This document shows positions 17,472-27,107 of a stretch of DNA of 64,000 nt, piece by piece; positions within the stretch are counted from its first letter, which is position 1; every line of letters begins with the position of its first letter. The notes under the pieces were generated by a model. It had not been told where the DNA came from. It worked only from the letters and a program-made list of their open reading frames with translations, and made no database searches. The position numbers and the translations under genes are program-made. This DNA is from Thermoplasmata archaeon. GTDB taxonomy: Archaea; Thermoplasmatota; Thermoplasmata; Lutacidiplasmatales; UBA184. The stretch covers positions 96,001 through 160,000 of the forward strand of contig JAGWLG010000001.1 of NCBI GenBank assembly GCA_028864975.1, given 5' to 3'.

Positions 17472-18731
17472 CTAGGTCCGGTACTGGGCGTTGATCTGCA
17501 CGTAGCCGTAGGAAAGGTCGCAGCCCCAGGCGGTCGCCCGCGCCGGTCCGTTCCCCAGCTGGACGTCGAGGACGACCTCTTCCAGCCGCTGGAGGACGTT
17601 GTGGAGGCGGTGGCCCTGGCCGTTGTCCAGCCCCGGGGCCGGGGTGCCGTGAAGGATGAGCGGCCAGTTCTTCGGCCCGTCGACGAGCCGAACGTCCAGG
17701 TCCTGGGTCTCGAAGGTCGCGCCGGAGTATCCCAGCGCACAGGCGATGCGCCCGACGTTCGGGTCGGCGCCGAAGAGCGCCGTCTTCACGAGGAGGGAGC
17801 TCGCGACCGAGCGGGCCGCCTGACGTGCCTCGTGAGCGTCCGCCGCCCCGTGGACGTTCACGGTGAGGAGCTTGGTCGCCCCTTCCCCATCGCGGGCGAC
17901 GGAACGGGCCAGGCGCTCGAGGACGTAGGCGACCCCCCGGGCGAGCGCGGGGTCATCGTCGGCGAGGGCTCCCCCCGCCTCGCCGTTGGCGAAAGCGAGC
18001 ACGGTGTCGTTCGTCGAGGTGTCCCCGTCGACGCTGATCATGTTGAACGTGCGGTCCGCCTCCCGCGTGAGGAGGCCCTGCCACCCCGGCGTGCTGACCC
18101 GCGCGTCGGTGGTCAGGAAGGCGAGGGTGGTGGCGTGAGGAGGTCCCACCGAGGGGGCGATCATGCCGCTCCCCTTGGCCATTCCGCCCAGGCGGGCACG
18201 GGTGCCGTCCGCAAGGCGGACCGAGACCGCGGCCTCCTTCGTGCGGGTGTCCGTGGTCAGGATCGCCGTCGCGGCGCGCGTCGAGGCGGGACGATCGGAG
18301 GCCAGCGCGTGCACCGCCTGGGGCAAGTGCGATTCGACGCGCTCGACCGGGATGCGCGGGCCGATCACGCCGGTGGCCGCGTGGTAGACCGAGCCCTGGG
18401 GAAGCTTCAGCGCCCCTTCTGCGAGCTCGATGACGCGGCGCGAGTCGGCGAGCCCCTCGGGGCCGGTCAGCGCGTTTGCGACGCCGCTCACGACGACGAG
18501 GCCGCGGGCCTCCCCGGGGTGCTCCCGCAGGAGCCCTTCGCAGATCTCGACGGGCGCCGCACGCACGCGATTCGTTGTGAAGAGGCCGGCCACCGTGGCC
18601 GGTCTCTCGCTCACCAGCAGCGCGAGGTCAGGGCGGAGCGACCGCTTGATTCCGCAGGCGAGTCCGCTGGCCCGGTAGCCCTTCGGGAAGGTGATGCCGT
18701 GGTCCGAGACGGAGAACTCCCCGAGGCTCAT
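17472..18731 (-). CDS. argJ: Ornithine acetyltransferase / N-acetylglutamate synthase
   Basis: FTTNRVRAAP, AKGSGMIAP, ATTLAF autoprocessing site, DGDTSTND, DGEGATK, WGCDLSYGYV. Confidence 0.95.
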   Translation of the reverse strand: MSLGEFSVSDHGITFPKGYRASGLACGIKRSLRPDLALLVSERPATVAGLFTTNRVRAAPVEICEGLLREHPGEARGLVVVSGVANALTGPEGLADSRRVIELAEGALKLPQGSVYHAATGVIGPRIPVERVESHLPQAVHALASDRPASTRAATAILTTDTRTKEAAVSVRLADGTRARLGGMAKGSGMIAPSVGPPHATTLAFLTTDARVSTPGWQGLLTREADRTFNMISVDGDTSTNDTVLAFANGEAGGALADDDPALARGVAYVLERLARSVARDGEGATKLLTVNVHGAADAHEARQAARSVASSLLVKTALFGADPNVGRIACALGYSGATFETQDLDVRLVDGPKNWPLILHGTPAPGLDNGQGHRLHNVLQRLEEVVLDVQLGNGPARATAWGCDLSYGYVQINAQYRT

Positions 18732-19759
18732 GGCCCGAGCCCTCCTGCGGGTAGCCCATCCGTCTCGGGAACGCCCAGCATCAGGTTCGCGTTCTGGATG
18801 GCCTGCCCCGCGCCCCCCTTCACCAGATTGTCGAGAGCGCTGTAGAGGACCCCCGACGGAGGCGCGGCCTCCGTCGCCAGGTAGCAACGGTTCGACCCCA
18901 CGGCCCAAGGCAGGCGTGGGATGCCGCCCACGCGGACGAAGGGCTCGCTGGCATAGGCGGCCTCGAGCGTGGGGTTCCACGAGGAGAACGAGGAGGACTC
19001 GACCCCAGGGGCGTAGATCGAGCAGAGGAGCCCACGGACCACGGGAACCAGGTGCGGGACGAACGTGAGCTGCGGGCCCTCGCCCGAGGCGACCCCGGAG
19101 AGCTCGCTCAGCGCCTGGCGGATCTCCGGCACGTGGCGGTGGTTCCCTCCTCCGTAGGGGTTGACGGAGGCCCCCGCGAGCGGGTGATGCGTGGCGGGGG
19201 TCGGCGAAGCGCCCGCGCCCGAGCTCCCGCTCTTCGCATCGACGACGATGTGCGAGGGGAGGAGCCTCTTCTTCGCGAGAGGCAGGAGGGCCAGGAGCGT
19301 CGCGGTCGGGTAGCAGCCCGGGTTCGCGAGGAGCTTCGCTCCTCTGACCGCGTCGCGGTCGATCTCGGGGAGCCCGTAGACGGCTTGGGCGAGCCCGTCA
19401 GGGTCCGAGTGTGGCCGTCCGTAGGTCGCCTCGTAGGCCGCGGGGTCCTTCAGCCGATAATCGGGACCGAGGTCGACGACGCGGATGCCGCGGGAGCGGA
19501 GCGAAGGGGCAGTGCGCAGCGCCTCGCCTTGGGGGAGGGCGAGGAAGGCCAGGTCCACATCGAGCGACGAAGCGTCCGGCTCCAACTTGAGCGCGTGGCC
19601 GTCCGCCAGCCAGGGGCAGATGCGGTCGAGGGTCTCTCCGGCGTGGGATTGCGAGACGGCCTGCTTGAGGAGGAGCGAGGGGTGCGAGGAGAGGAGCCTC
19701 AGAAGCTCTCCGCCCAAGTACCCGCTCGCCCCAACGACCCCAACCGTACGTGTTGTCAT
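18728..19759 (-). CDS. argC: N-acetyl-gamma-glutamyl-phosphate reductase
   Basis: GASGYLG, ANPGCYPT, HRHVPEI, DNLVKGGAGQA. Confidence 0.95.
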   Translation of the reverse strand: MTTRTVGVVGASGYLGGELLRLLSSHPSLLLKQAVSQSHAGETLDRICPWLADGHALKLEPDASSLDVDLAFLALPQGEALRTAPSLRSRGIRVVDLGPDYRLKDPAAYEATYGRPHSDPDGLAQAVYGLPEIDRDAVRGAKLLANPGCYPTATLLALLPLAKKRLLPSHIVVDAKSGSSGAGASPTPATHHPLAGASVNPYGGGNHRHVPEIRQALSELSGVASGEGPQLTFVPHLVPVVRGLLCSIYAPGVESSSFSSWNPTLEAAYASEPFVRVGGIPRLPWAVGSNRCYLATEAAPPSGVLYSALDNLVKGGAGQAIQNANLMLGVPETDGLPAGGLGP

Positions 19760-19917
19760 GAGAGGTGGGCGGTGGTGGGGGACTCCTTGGAGGAAGAGAG
19801 ACGCGCCGTCGAACTTCCCCTTCGCGTCGCGAGAGTGACCGCGCGGCGCCTCGACGCTCCGTGGGACCGTCAGCGGTCGCTCGAGGGACGTCGTGGGTCG
19901 CGGCTGTTCCGTGGGGA

Positions 19918-20646
19918 TTACGGATGTCCCGAGGGCGACTCGCGCCGCAGGGGCTCGTCGCCGCCTTGCGGATGTGGGTGGACCAGGTCGCCCAGCACCT
20001 GGAAGGCCCCGAGCAGGTCCTTCTCCTCGAGGACGAACGTGCTGTCGGTGTGCGAGCTCACGATCTCGAGGCAGTTGATCCCGCGTCGCGCGAGCGCGTT
20101 CGCGAGGAAGGCCAGCACGCCTGGGGTGCGCACGATCGAAGAGGGCGAGCGGACCGTAAGGGCGGCCAGTCCCCGGAAGATGTCGATGACGTAGCCCTTG
20201 CCGAGGCTGGGGACCACGCTCGTGAGCAGGTCGTCCTCGAGCAGGATCGTGAGCGCGCCAGGGCCCTGCAGGAGCTGGAGCAGGTGCCGTCGGTCCTTGA
20301 GGAGCTCCCCCGCGGCCTCGTCGACCCGGAGCAGGACCTCCCAATCGTTGCGGGCCGCAATGATCGCGACCCTGGTGCGGACCTCGATCCGGGAGCCGTG
20401 GATGACCTGGAGGATCCGCTCGTCCTGGGCGACCTCCTGCTGCATCTGCCGCTGGTAGCGGCGGCAGGCGACGGTGACCGCCTCCTCGTTCTTCAGACCC
20501 TTCTCCTCGAGGATCCTACGGGCGAGCGCGGTGAAGTTCACGACGTCCCAGGCGAGGCAGTCGCGGATGGAGGGGTGCTCATCGATGTACCTTCGGGTGA
20601 TGTCCGCCGCGGTCGGGCCTTCCGGCTTCGGCGGGATACGAGGCAT
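19918..20646 (-). CDS. Archaeal ACT-domain protein (COG2150-like amino-acid metabolism regulator)
   Basis: N-terminal YIDEHPSIRDCL...VNFTALAR; C-terminal TPGVLAFLANALARRGINCLEIVSS ACT motif. Confidence 0.8.
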   Translation of the reverse strand: MPRIPPKPEGPTAADITRRYIDEHPSIRDCLAWDVVNFTALARRILEEKGLKNEEAVTVACRRYQRQMQQEVAQDERILQVIHGSRIEVRTRVAIIAARNDWEVLLRVDEAAGELLKDRRHLLQLLQGPGALTILLEDDLLTSVVPSLGKGYVIDIFRGLAALTVRSPSSIVRTPGVLAFLANALARRGINCLEIVSSHTDSTFVLEEKDLLGAFQVLGDLVHPHPQGGDEPLRRESPSGHP

Positions 20647-20758
20647 GGCCCGGCGGGATGAACGTTCCTCCCCTTGAAGCTGACCAATGGGCCGTGAGGC
20701 AGCAGCCCGCCGGGTGATCGTTGTTCCGGGAGCAGAGAACCCTTCTCGACTTCACCCA

Positions 20759-20791
20759 GGTTCAAGAATGCCGAACACGATGCCTTGAACC
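20759..20791. promoter_or_regulatory. Inverted repeat GGTTCAAG-N17-CTTGAACC in the divergent intergenic region
   Basis: 8-bp exact inverted arms read directly. Confidence 0.4.
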
Positions 20792-20837
20792 AGACTGAGC
20801 ATTCCCCCGGACAATAGGCAAGCCTCAGGAGCCGCTC

Positions 20838-23800
20838 TTGAGAAACCATCCCCTGGACGCTTCCCTCCCCAGGCCGGATGGGCCACGTGCCCCGCATGGC
20901 GGGAACCCGCCAGCCCGACGGGTCCTTGGGCGTGGAGTTCGGGAGCTCCGCATCTTGTTCCCGCTGCTGGTCTTCCTCCTCGTCCTCACGCCGTCCTTGG
21001 GAGGCGGGGCGGGGACGGGCCAGGAGATTCTCCACCGCTCGCAAGCTGTAGCAGGGGCTATCTCCGCTCCCGGGTCCACCTCGGTGACACCCTCTCCGCC
21101 AGGGCCCCTCCTTTGGTCCTACTCGGACGGCGGTTCCCCCGACCCGATCCGATCCCAGGCTGGAGTGGCGAGCTTCTCGCTTGGTTCGATCGGCTATGTT
21201 GATGTCATCGGGGGTTCGGGTCCCTGCGGCCTCTACTGCAACGACGATTGGGAAGTGAACCTCAATGCTCTTGCGTACCCAACTTGGTTCCATGAGCCCC
21301 CGCCCACGAACGTCGGACGGAAAGGGCCGAGCTTGGCCTTCGACCCCGCCTCCAACGAGCTCGTGCTATTCGGGGGACTGAACGGTACCCTTGGAGCGCT
21401 CAACGATACCTGGACGCGCGTCCTCTTGGTTCGAGGATGGGCGCCCGTCGCGGGGGCTGCGCCGCCGCCCCGGTGGGATGCTGCGTTCGCCTACGACCCG
21501 GCCCTCGGGGGAGTGGTCCTGTTCGGGGGCCTCGGGCCGGGAGGACAGCCGCTCGGGGACACCTGGCTGTTCCGTGGCGACCGGTGGACGCCCATCGTAT
21601 CCTTGGTGTCCCCTGCAGCCCGGTCTGGCAGCTCACTAGTATGGCAGGGCGACGAGGAGAGGATGACCCTTTTCGGGGGAAACGGGAGTGCTGGCCCCCT
21701 CTCGGACACCTGGGGACTCGCCTCAGGCGGGTGGTACCCTTTGTCGCCGACCCTCACGCCCTCGCCCCGCACCCTGGCGGCCGTGGGTTCGGACGGGGCG
21801 GGGGACCCGGTGATCTTCGGTGGATGGGGAACACCCGGATACCTCAACGACACGTGGATCCTCTACGGCGACAACTGGAGCGAGCCGACCGTTGAGACCG
21901 TAGCAAGGCCCGCCGCAGCTGAGGGCGCGATCCTGGTCCCTGACGCTGGTGCCACCCCCAACGACCTCCTACTGTACTGGGGAAAGGGTGAGGGCGGATA
22001 CTCGATTATCACGTGGGGGCTCCGGGTCCAGAACGGTGGGAGCCCTTCGTCCCCCCCTCCTCTTAGGGTGGCGGCGCAGGCCTCAGGATCGAACGGAACG
22101 AGCCCGTTCGCAGCATCCTTCGAAGCATTGGGGAGCGGGGGGGTGCCCCCCTACGGCGAGGTGTGGGGCTTCGGGGACGGCACACCACCTTCCATCAACC
22201 CGTATCCTCGGCACGTCTTCGCCTCTCCGGGCAATTATCTCGCCCACCTTCTCCTGCAGGACACCGCTTCTCCCCCGGCGACCGCGAGCGCCGACCTGGC
22301 GGTCCACGTCCATGCCCCTAACGGATCGTTCGCGGTCAACGTCTCGGCGACGGAGCGGTCGGGCCCACCTCCGCTCACGACGACCCTATTTGCCACCCCG
22401 TCGGGGGGTATGGGCCCGTACAGCTACCGCTGGCTCTTCGGAGATGGCACACCATCCTCTCGAGCACCCTCCCCGACACACATCTACAACGCTTCAGGGA
22501 CGTTCGTCGCGCGGTTGTTCCTCAACGACAGCCGTGGAGCGAGCGCCAACTTCTCCTACACGATGCGTGTCGTGGCCTCGGGACTTGCGGTCGCCTTCAC
22601 CGCCTCGCCGTCGCAGGGCCATCCCCCCATCACGGTGGCCTTCCACGCGAGCGCCCAGGGCGGAGACCCCCCGTACCATTACTTCTGGAGCTTTGGCGAC
22701 GGGAACTCGTCGTACGGTGGGAACGCAAACGCCACCAACCTCTACGGGAGGGCCGGGACGTTCGAGATCCGGGTCACGGTCCTCGACGCACAGGGAAGTA
22801 ACGCGACTGCAAGCGAGGCCATCCTCGTAACGCCCCCACCCCCGTTCGTCCCTCCCCCCCCCACGCTCTTGGAGAAGGTGGCGCGCCTCCTCGCCCCGGT
22901 GGTTCGAGGGCTGTCAAATCCCTGGGTCCTCGGTTCGCTAGTCCTGGTGATCGGCGGCACCGTGACGCTTCGCTGGGGACTCCCGACCGTCCGGCTCCGA
23001 AGTTCCGTTCGCCGGGGGAAGTCCTCCCTCAATCATGAAGCGACCTGGGGGGTCGCGGAGGTGGAGGTCGTGGTACACGGATTTCGCCACGGAGCCCAAC
23101 TCTCCGACCTCCTCGGCAGGCTTCGCCCACTTGTAGAGAGGGACGCCCGCCGGCTCGCTTCCCACCTCACCTGGCATCCCGGTTCAGCTGCCACTTGGTT
23201 GGCCCGTCGTGCGTTGCTTCTCGTACCCCAACTGCTCATTGCGGCCACGGTCTTGTTCATTGGGCTGAGGGCCCTGCCGGGGCTGGTCGTAGGCCCACCG
23301 ACCTTCCCCGGAATCCCGTTCGGCCCCCTGGGGTTCCTGCAGGCATGGTGGAGCTACGTCTCGGAGCTCCTGGGCGGGGGGCTCTCCGACCCCTATCTTG
23401 CTGCGAACCTCCCCTACACGCTGCAGTTCATGGGAGTGATCGTGCTCCTGAGCGCAATCATTTCCTACCCCTTGGGCGTTCTCGCGGGCTGGAAACAGGG
23501 TGGGGTCGTCGATCAGTCCACGAGGTTCGCGGGAGTCCTAGCGAACTCGTTCCAGATCTTCGTCGTCGCGCTCCTGACCCTGGTGGGAGCATGGCTGTGG
23601 TACTACCAGACCACGAACGGGGACTTCCTCGTCTCGAGCCTGCCTTCCATCCTCTGGGACGACCAGAACATGGGAGGGATCCCTCCTTGGGTGTCGGTCT
23701 TGCAGGCGACGTCTCCCACGGGCTTCCCGCTCGTCGACGCGCCCCTTCACGGCGCGTGGGCGTTCGAGCAGGTGATGTTGCTGAAGATCCTTGTCCAGGC

Positions 23801-24236
23801 TCTGCCCATCGCCGGAGTCTACTCGGCGATCTTCCTCCGGTATGCGAGGCTGGCAACCCTGGAAGCCGCTCAAGCCTTCAGCAACACCGGGGGGAGAGCG
23901 AAAGGGCTGGCTGAGAGGACCCTGCTTTGGCGGCACACCGCACGGCGCATTCAACCCACCTACGCTGAGATCTTCGGCGCAACCTTCCCGGTCCTCCTCT
24001 CGCTCCAGGTCGTGGCGGAGTGGTTCTACGACGACCAGGGCGTCGGGAGCCTCTTCGTCGTCCAGCTGCCCTGTCTCTCCTCGCTGGTGAACTGCACGCC
24101 TATCCAGGAGGCGATGACCTCGCTCACGATCGGGCGACTCGCCTTTCTGCTTCTCCTTCTCACCTTCGTCGCGAACCTCGTGGGGGATGCGGTCTCCAGG
24201 GCACTTGACCCGGTGGGGAGGGTCGCATCAAGATGA
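20838..24236 (+). CDS. Fusion protein: signal/TM + Kelch-like beta-propeller + 3 PKD domains + TM + DppB/OppB-type ABC permease (start uncertain; only TTG starts available)
   Basis: ~6 blades of (F/Y)D...LFGG...(N/G/S)DTW; three W.FGDG PKD units; RRALLLVPQLL permease start and RAKGL...LWRH EAA-like loop, all in one open frame. Confidence 0.8.
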   Translation: MRNHPLDASLPRPDGPRAPHGGNPPARRVLGRGVRELRILFPLLVFLLVLTPSLGGGAGTGQEILHRSQAVAGAISAPGSTSVTPSPPGPLLWSYSDGGSPDPIRSQAGVASFSLGSIGYVDVIGGSGPCGLYCNDDWEVNLNALAYPTWFHEPPPTNVGRKGPSLAFDPASNELVLFGGLNGTLGALNDTWTRVLLVRGWAPVAGAAPPPRWDAAFAYDPALGGVVLFGGLGPGGQPLGDTWLFRGDRWTPIVSLVSPAARSGSSLVWQGDEERMTLFGGNGSAGPLSDTWGLASGGWYPLSPTLTPSPRTLAAVGSDGAGDPVIFGGWGTPGYLNDTWILYGDNWSEPTVETVARPAAAEGAILVPDAGATPNDLLLYWGKGEGGYSIITWGLRVQNGGSPSSPPPLRVAAQASGSNGTSPFAASFEALGSGGVPPYGEVWGFGDGTPPSINPYPRHVFASPGNYLAHLLLQDTASPPATASADLAVHVHAPNGSFAVNVSATERSGPPPLTTTLFATPSGGMGPYSYRWLFGDGTPSSRAPSPTHIYNASGTFVARLFLNDSRGASANFSYTMRVVASGLAVAFTASPSQGHPPITVAFHASAQGGDPPYHYFWSFGDGNSSYGGNANATNLYGRAGTFEIRVTVLDAQGSNATASEAILVTPPPPFVPPPPTLLEKVARLLAPVVRGLSNPWVLGSLVLVIGGTVTLRWGLPTVRLRSSVRRGKSSLNHEATWGVAEVEVVVHGFRHGAQLSDLLGRLRPLVERDARRLASHLTWHPGSAATWLARRALLLVPQLLIAATVLFIGLRALPGLVVGPPTFPGIPFGPLGFLQAWWSYVSELLGGGLSDPYLAANLPYTLQFMGVIVLLSAIISYPLGVLAGWKQGGVVDQSTRFAGVLANSFQIFVVALLTLVGAWLWYYQTTNGDFLVSSLPSILWDDQNMGGIPPWVSVLQATSPTGFPLVDAPLHGAWAFEQVMLLKILVQALPIAGVYSAIFLRYARLATLEAAQAFSNTGGRAKGLAERTLLWRHTARRIQPTYAEIFGATFPVLLSLQVVAEWFYDDQGVGSLFVVQLPCLSSLVNCTPIQEAMTSLTIGRLAFLLLLLTFVANLVGDAVSRALDPVGRVASR

Positions 24237-25549
24237 CCAGGGCGAGCGAGCGTCAAACACGAAGCGAAGGTGAGGTGAAGGAACACGTAGCCGCCCCAGA
24301 CCAGCGTCCTGGGAGCGAGACGCCCCATGGGCAGAGCGTGACCTCTCCTCCGGCCAGGAGGGCGGAGAGGCACGAGACGGCTCCCACCGGTGGTGACCCC
24401 CATCCGGCCTCCCCACGGTCCCTGAGACCTCCTTCGAGTACCGTTGGAGGCGCGTCCGAGACGCACCGTAGGTCGCGCCGCAGCTCCCGAAAGGCCCGCG
24501 GGTTGCGCGCCCGGTGGCGAAGATTCCGTCGGGGGGTCTTGCGGCCTAGGGCCCGCGCCTGGGCCAGGTTGTGGGGCAACCTGCCTTTGGTGACAGGACT
24601 GCTGCTACTCGCGTTCTTTGTCGCCGCGGGACTGGTGGCCCCCCTCCTCTACCCGGGCAGCGGAGGTTCGCTCGCCGTGGACCACGGGGTCTTCGACAAC
24701 TGTTCAGCTCCTTCCCCACCGACCGCTCAGCTCGCACCCTTCGGGGGGGGCCCACATCCTCTGGGGCAGACCGCCCATCTCGGGCTCGACGTGGCCCAAG
24801 GGCTGTTGCTGGGAACCCGGTGGGACCTTCTCTTGATCGCCTTCCTCGTCGGAGCCTCGGCGCTGGTGGGAGCCCTCCTAGGGGCTATCGCCGGGGCGAT
24901 GGGGGGACGGGTCGAGAGCATCCTTTCACCGATCCTGGATGGCACCCTGGCCTTTCCTCCCTTGATGGTCATGGTCACGGTCCTTGCGGTGACCTACTCG
25001 GGCCCCCTCGAGGGATCCCGAATGGTTGTGTTCCTCTTCGGCATGCTCGCCGTGCTCTGGGCCCCCTTCGCCCAAGGGGTTAGGGCTCAGGCGCGTTCCA
25101 CCGCACACCAAGCGTTCGTGGAGGCGGCCAAGGCCTCTGGGGCGAGATGGCCGAGGATCCTCCTCCGCCACATTCTGCCCAACTGCTCTGCGCCGGTCCT
25201 GGCCCAGGTTCCAAGCTCGGTCTTCAGCGTCTTCTTCGTCCTGGGATTCTTCCAGTACTTGGGTCTCGTTGCCGAGAGCAGCGTGGTTCCGAACTGTGGT
25301 ACGGTTAGGGTCGGGCTTGGGGTGGTACACAGCATTCCCTCGGGCCTGTTCCTGATCGTCCCTTCGGTACGGTTTCCCGAGTGGACCTGGACGTTGGCGA
25401 ACGGGCTCTCTGGGTTCACCGTCGGATCGATCCTACCGGAGTGGTGGGGCTACCTACTGCCAACTGCCTGGATTGCGCTCTTCCTTCTGGCCGTCACCCT
25501 CTTCTGCGACGGGCTCGCCGCGCACCTCTCGCCGTTCCGTGGCCGATAG
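24233..25549 (+). CDS. DppC/OppC-type ABC permease
   Basis: HPLG...GLDV...G.R.DL, FVEAAKASGARWPRILLRHILPN EAA motif; ATGA overlap with the fusion gene. Confidence 0.85.
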   Translation: MTRASERQTRSEGEVKEHVAAPDQRPGSETPHGQSVTSPPARRAERHETAPTGGDPHPASPRSLRPPSSTVGGASETHRRSRRSSRKARGLRARWRRFRRGVLRPRARAWARLWGNLPLVTGLLLLAFFVAAGLVAPLLYPGSGGSLAVDHGVFDNCSAPSPPTAQLAPFGGGPHPLGQTAHLGLDVAQGLLLGTRWDLLLIAFLVGASALVGALLGAIAGAMGGRVESILSPILDGTLAFPPLMVMVTVLAVTYSGPLEGSRMVVFLFGMLAVLWAPFAQGVRAQARSTAHQAFVEAAKASGARWPRILLRHILPNCSAPVLAQVPSSVFSVFFVLGFFQYLGLVAESSVVPNCGTVRVGLGVVHSIPSGLFLIVPSVRFPEWTWTLANGLSGFTVGSILPEWWGYLLPTAWIALFLLAVTLFCDGLAAHLSPFRGR

Positions 25550-25665
25550 GCGATCCCCGCGAGCGACCCCAACTGTCGCAAGGTCGAGCTCGCGGTTGCG
25601 CATCATGCCCACCCGTTCGACGGGCCGTTGTCGGACCTTAAGCCCGGCACGCGCTCGGGTCCCGT

Positions 25666-26193
25666 ATGGCGAGCGCCTCCGAGCTCACGTTCCGAGTGGC
25701 CACCGAGGCGGACCTGGCCGTGGTCCTCGGGCTCTTGACGGAGGCGGCCGAGTGGGCCCACGAGCGCGGGATCGAACGGTGGTGGCCCGCGCCGTTCCCG
25801 GAATCCTGGGTCCTGCCCTCCATCGAACGGCGCGAGGTGGTCGTCGCCTCGTGGCGGGGAGAGGTCGTTGGCAGGCTCACCCTGACGAGAGAGGACCCCC
25901 GGATGTGGGGGGAGCGACCTCCCGAGGCAGGCTATGTCCATCGCCTGGCGGTCCGACGGGAGCTCGCGCATCGTGAGCTGGGAGGCGCGCTCCTCTCCTA
26001 CGCCGAGAACGAGGTGCGCCGATGGGGTCGGTCGAAGCTCCGTCTGGACGTCAGTGCCACGAACCTCGACCTGATCCGGTACTACTTACGGAAGGGTTTT
26101 CACGAAGTGGGTCGGGTGACCGGGGGTGCCCCGGCGGGTATCTTCGCCTCCTTGCTGATGGAGAAGGAGATCGAGGGCACGTCCCGGCGCTAA
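25666..26193 (+). CDS. GNAT N-acetyltransferase
   Basis: YVHRLAVRRELAHRELGGALL; LDV...N..L..YY...GF. Confidence 0.85.
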   Translation: MASASELTFRVATEADLAVVLGLLTEAAEWAHERGIERWWPAPFPESWVLPSIERREVVVASWRGEVVGRLTLTREDPRMWGERPPEAGYVHRLAVRRELAHRELGGALLSYAENEVRRWGRSKLRLDVSATNLDLIRYYLRKGFHEVGRVTGGAPAGIFASLLMEKEIEGTSRR

Positions 26194-26990
26194 CGGTAGC
26201 GCCGTCCGTAGAGAAGGACGTCCTCGATCGCGTCCTGGACCGAGGTCCGGATCCCTTGGGAGAGCCCGAACCCGAGGGAAGCGACCGGTCCCCCGGCGAG
26301 CCGCTCGAAGAACGGCTTGGGAGGGGAGAGCTCGACCGTCCGTTTCGCCGGGACGCCGGCCGAGTGCGCGAGGTCCTCGAGGGCCTTCTCCCGGTCGCCG
26401 AGGGCGTCGATGAGCCCCATCGCGAGCGCCTGCTTGCCGCTCCAGAACTCTCCGGTGGCGAGCTTCAGGATCTCCTCCCGGGGTCGCCGCCGCTCTCTCG
26501 CGACCACGTCCACGAAGGAGTTGTAGCTCACTTCCCCGACCTTGAGGAGCTTCTCCCGCTCCTCCGGGGTCAGAGAGCGCAGGCCCTGGTAGGCGTCCTT
26601 GTGACGCCCATGGTGGAGGAGCTCCACCTCGACCCCGATCTTCTCGAGCAGCCGTTGCGCGGCAAAGTGCGGCATGATGACCCCGATGGAACCGACCTCC
26701 GACTCCTCGTAGGCGTAGATCCGGTGAGCTCCTAGGGCCGCCATGTACGCGCCCGAGGCGGCGATGGCCCCGACGGCGGCGACCACCGGCTTCACCTTCG
26801 AGACCCGCTTGACCGCCAGGTAGAGGTCCGTCGAGGCGATGTCCTCACCTCCGCCGCTGCTGATGTCCAGGAGGAGCCCGCGGAACTTGGACTTCTCGCG
26901 CACGAAACGCAGGATTCTGAGGTAGGGCTCGACCGATCGCTCCCGGATCGTGCCCCGGAACTTCACCTTGGCGAGGATCGGTCCTACCAT
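26190..26990 (-). CDS. sppA: Signal peptide peptidase, S49 family (short form)
   Basis: ISSGGG, AASGAY, VGSIGV, G.HKD, GEFWSG..A...GLID. Confidence 0.9.
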   Translation of the reverse strand: MVGPILAKVKFRGTIRERSVEPYLRILRFVREKSKFRGLLLDISSGGGEDIASTDLYLAVKRVSKVKPVVAAVGAIAASGAYMAALGAHRIYAYEESEVGSIGVIMPHFAAQRLLEKIGVEVELLHHGRHKDAYQGLRSLTPEEREKLLKVGEVSYNSFVDVVARERRRPREEILKLATGEFWSGKQALAMGLIDALGDREKALEDLAHSAGVPAKRTVELSPPKPFFERLAGGPVASLGFGLSQGIRTSVQDAIEDVLLYGRRYR

Positions 26991-27107
26991 ACCACCGGGA
27001 ACTCCACCGGCCGGTATATGATGACGCGGTGGAGCGCTGGCGGCTCGCGCCCGGCGCGGCCGATGGACGGACCCGTCCGGGTGGAGCCGCGCGAGCGAAA
27101 CGGCTCC

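Noticed and set aside
13844-19759. LysW-dependent arginine/lysine pathway
   Set aside because: No lysW or lysX/argX; argJ indicates the N-acetyl route
19760-19917. Possible Arg-rich leader peptide/attenuator upstream of argC
   Set aside because: No start codon for a short Arg-rich ORF and no clear terminator/antiterminator pair
27017-27107. ATGATGA C-box suggesting a C/D sRNA
   Set aside because: No CTGA D-box at a suitable distance
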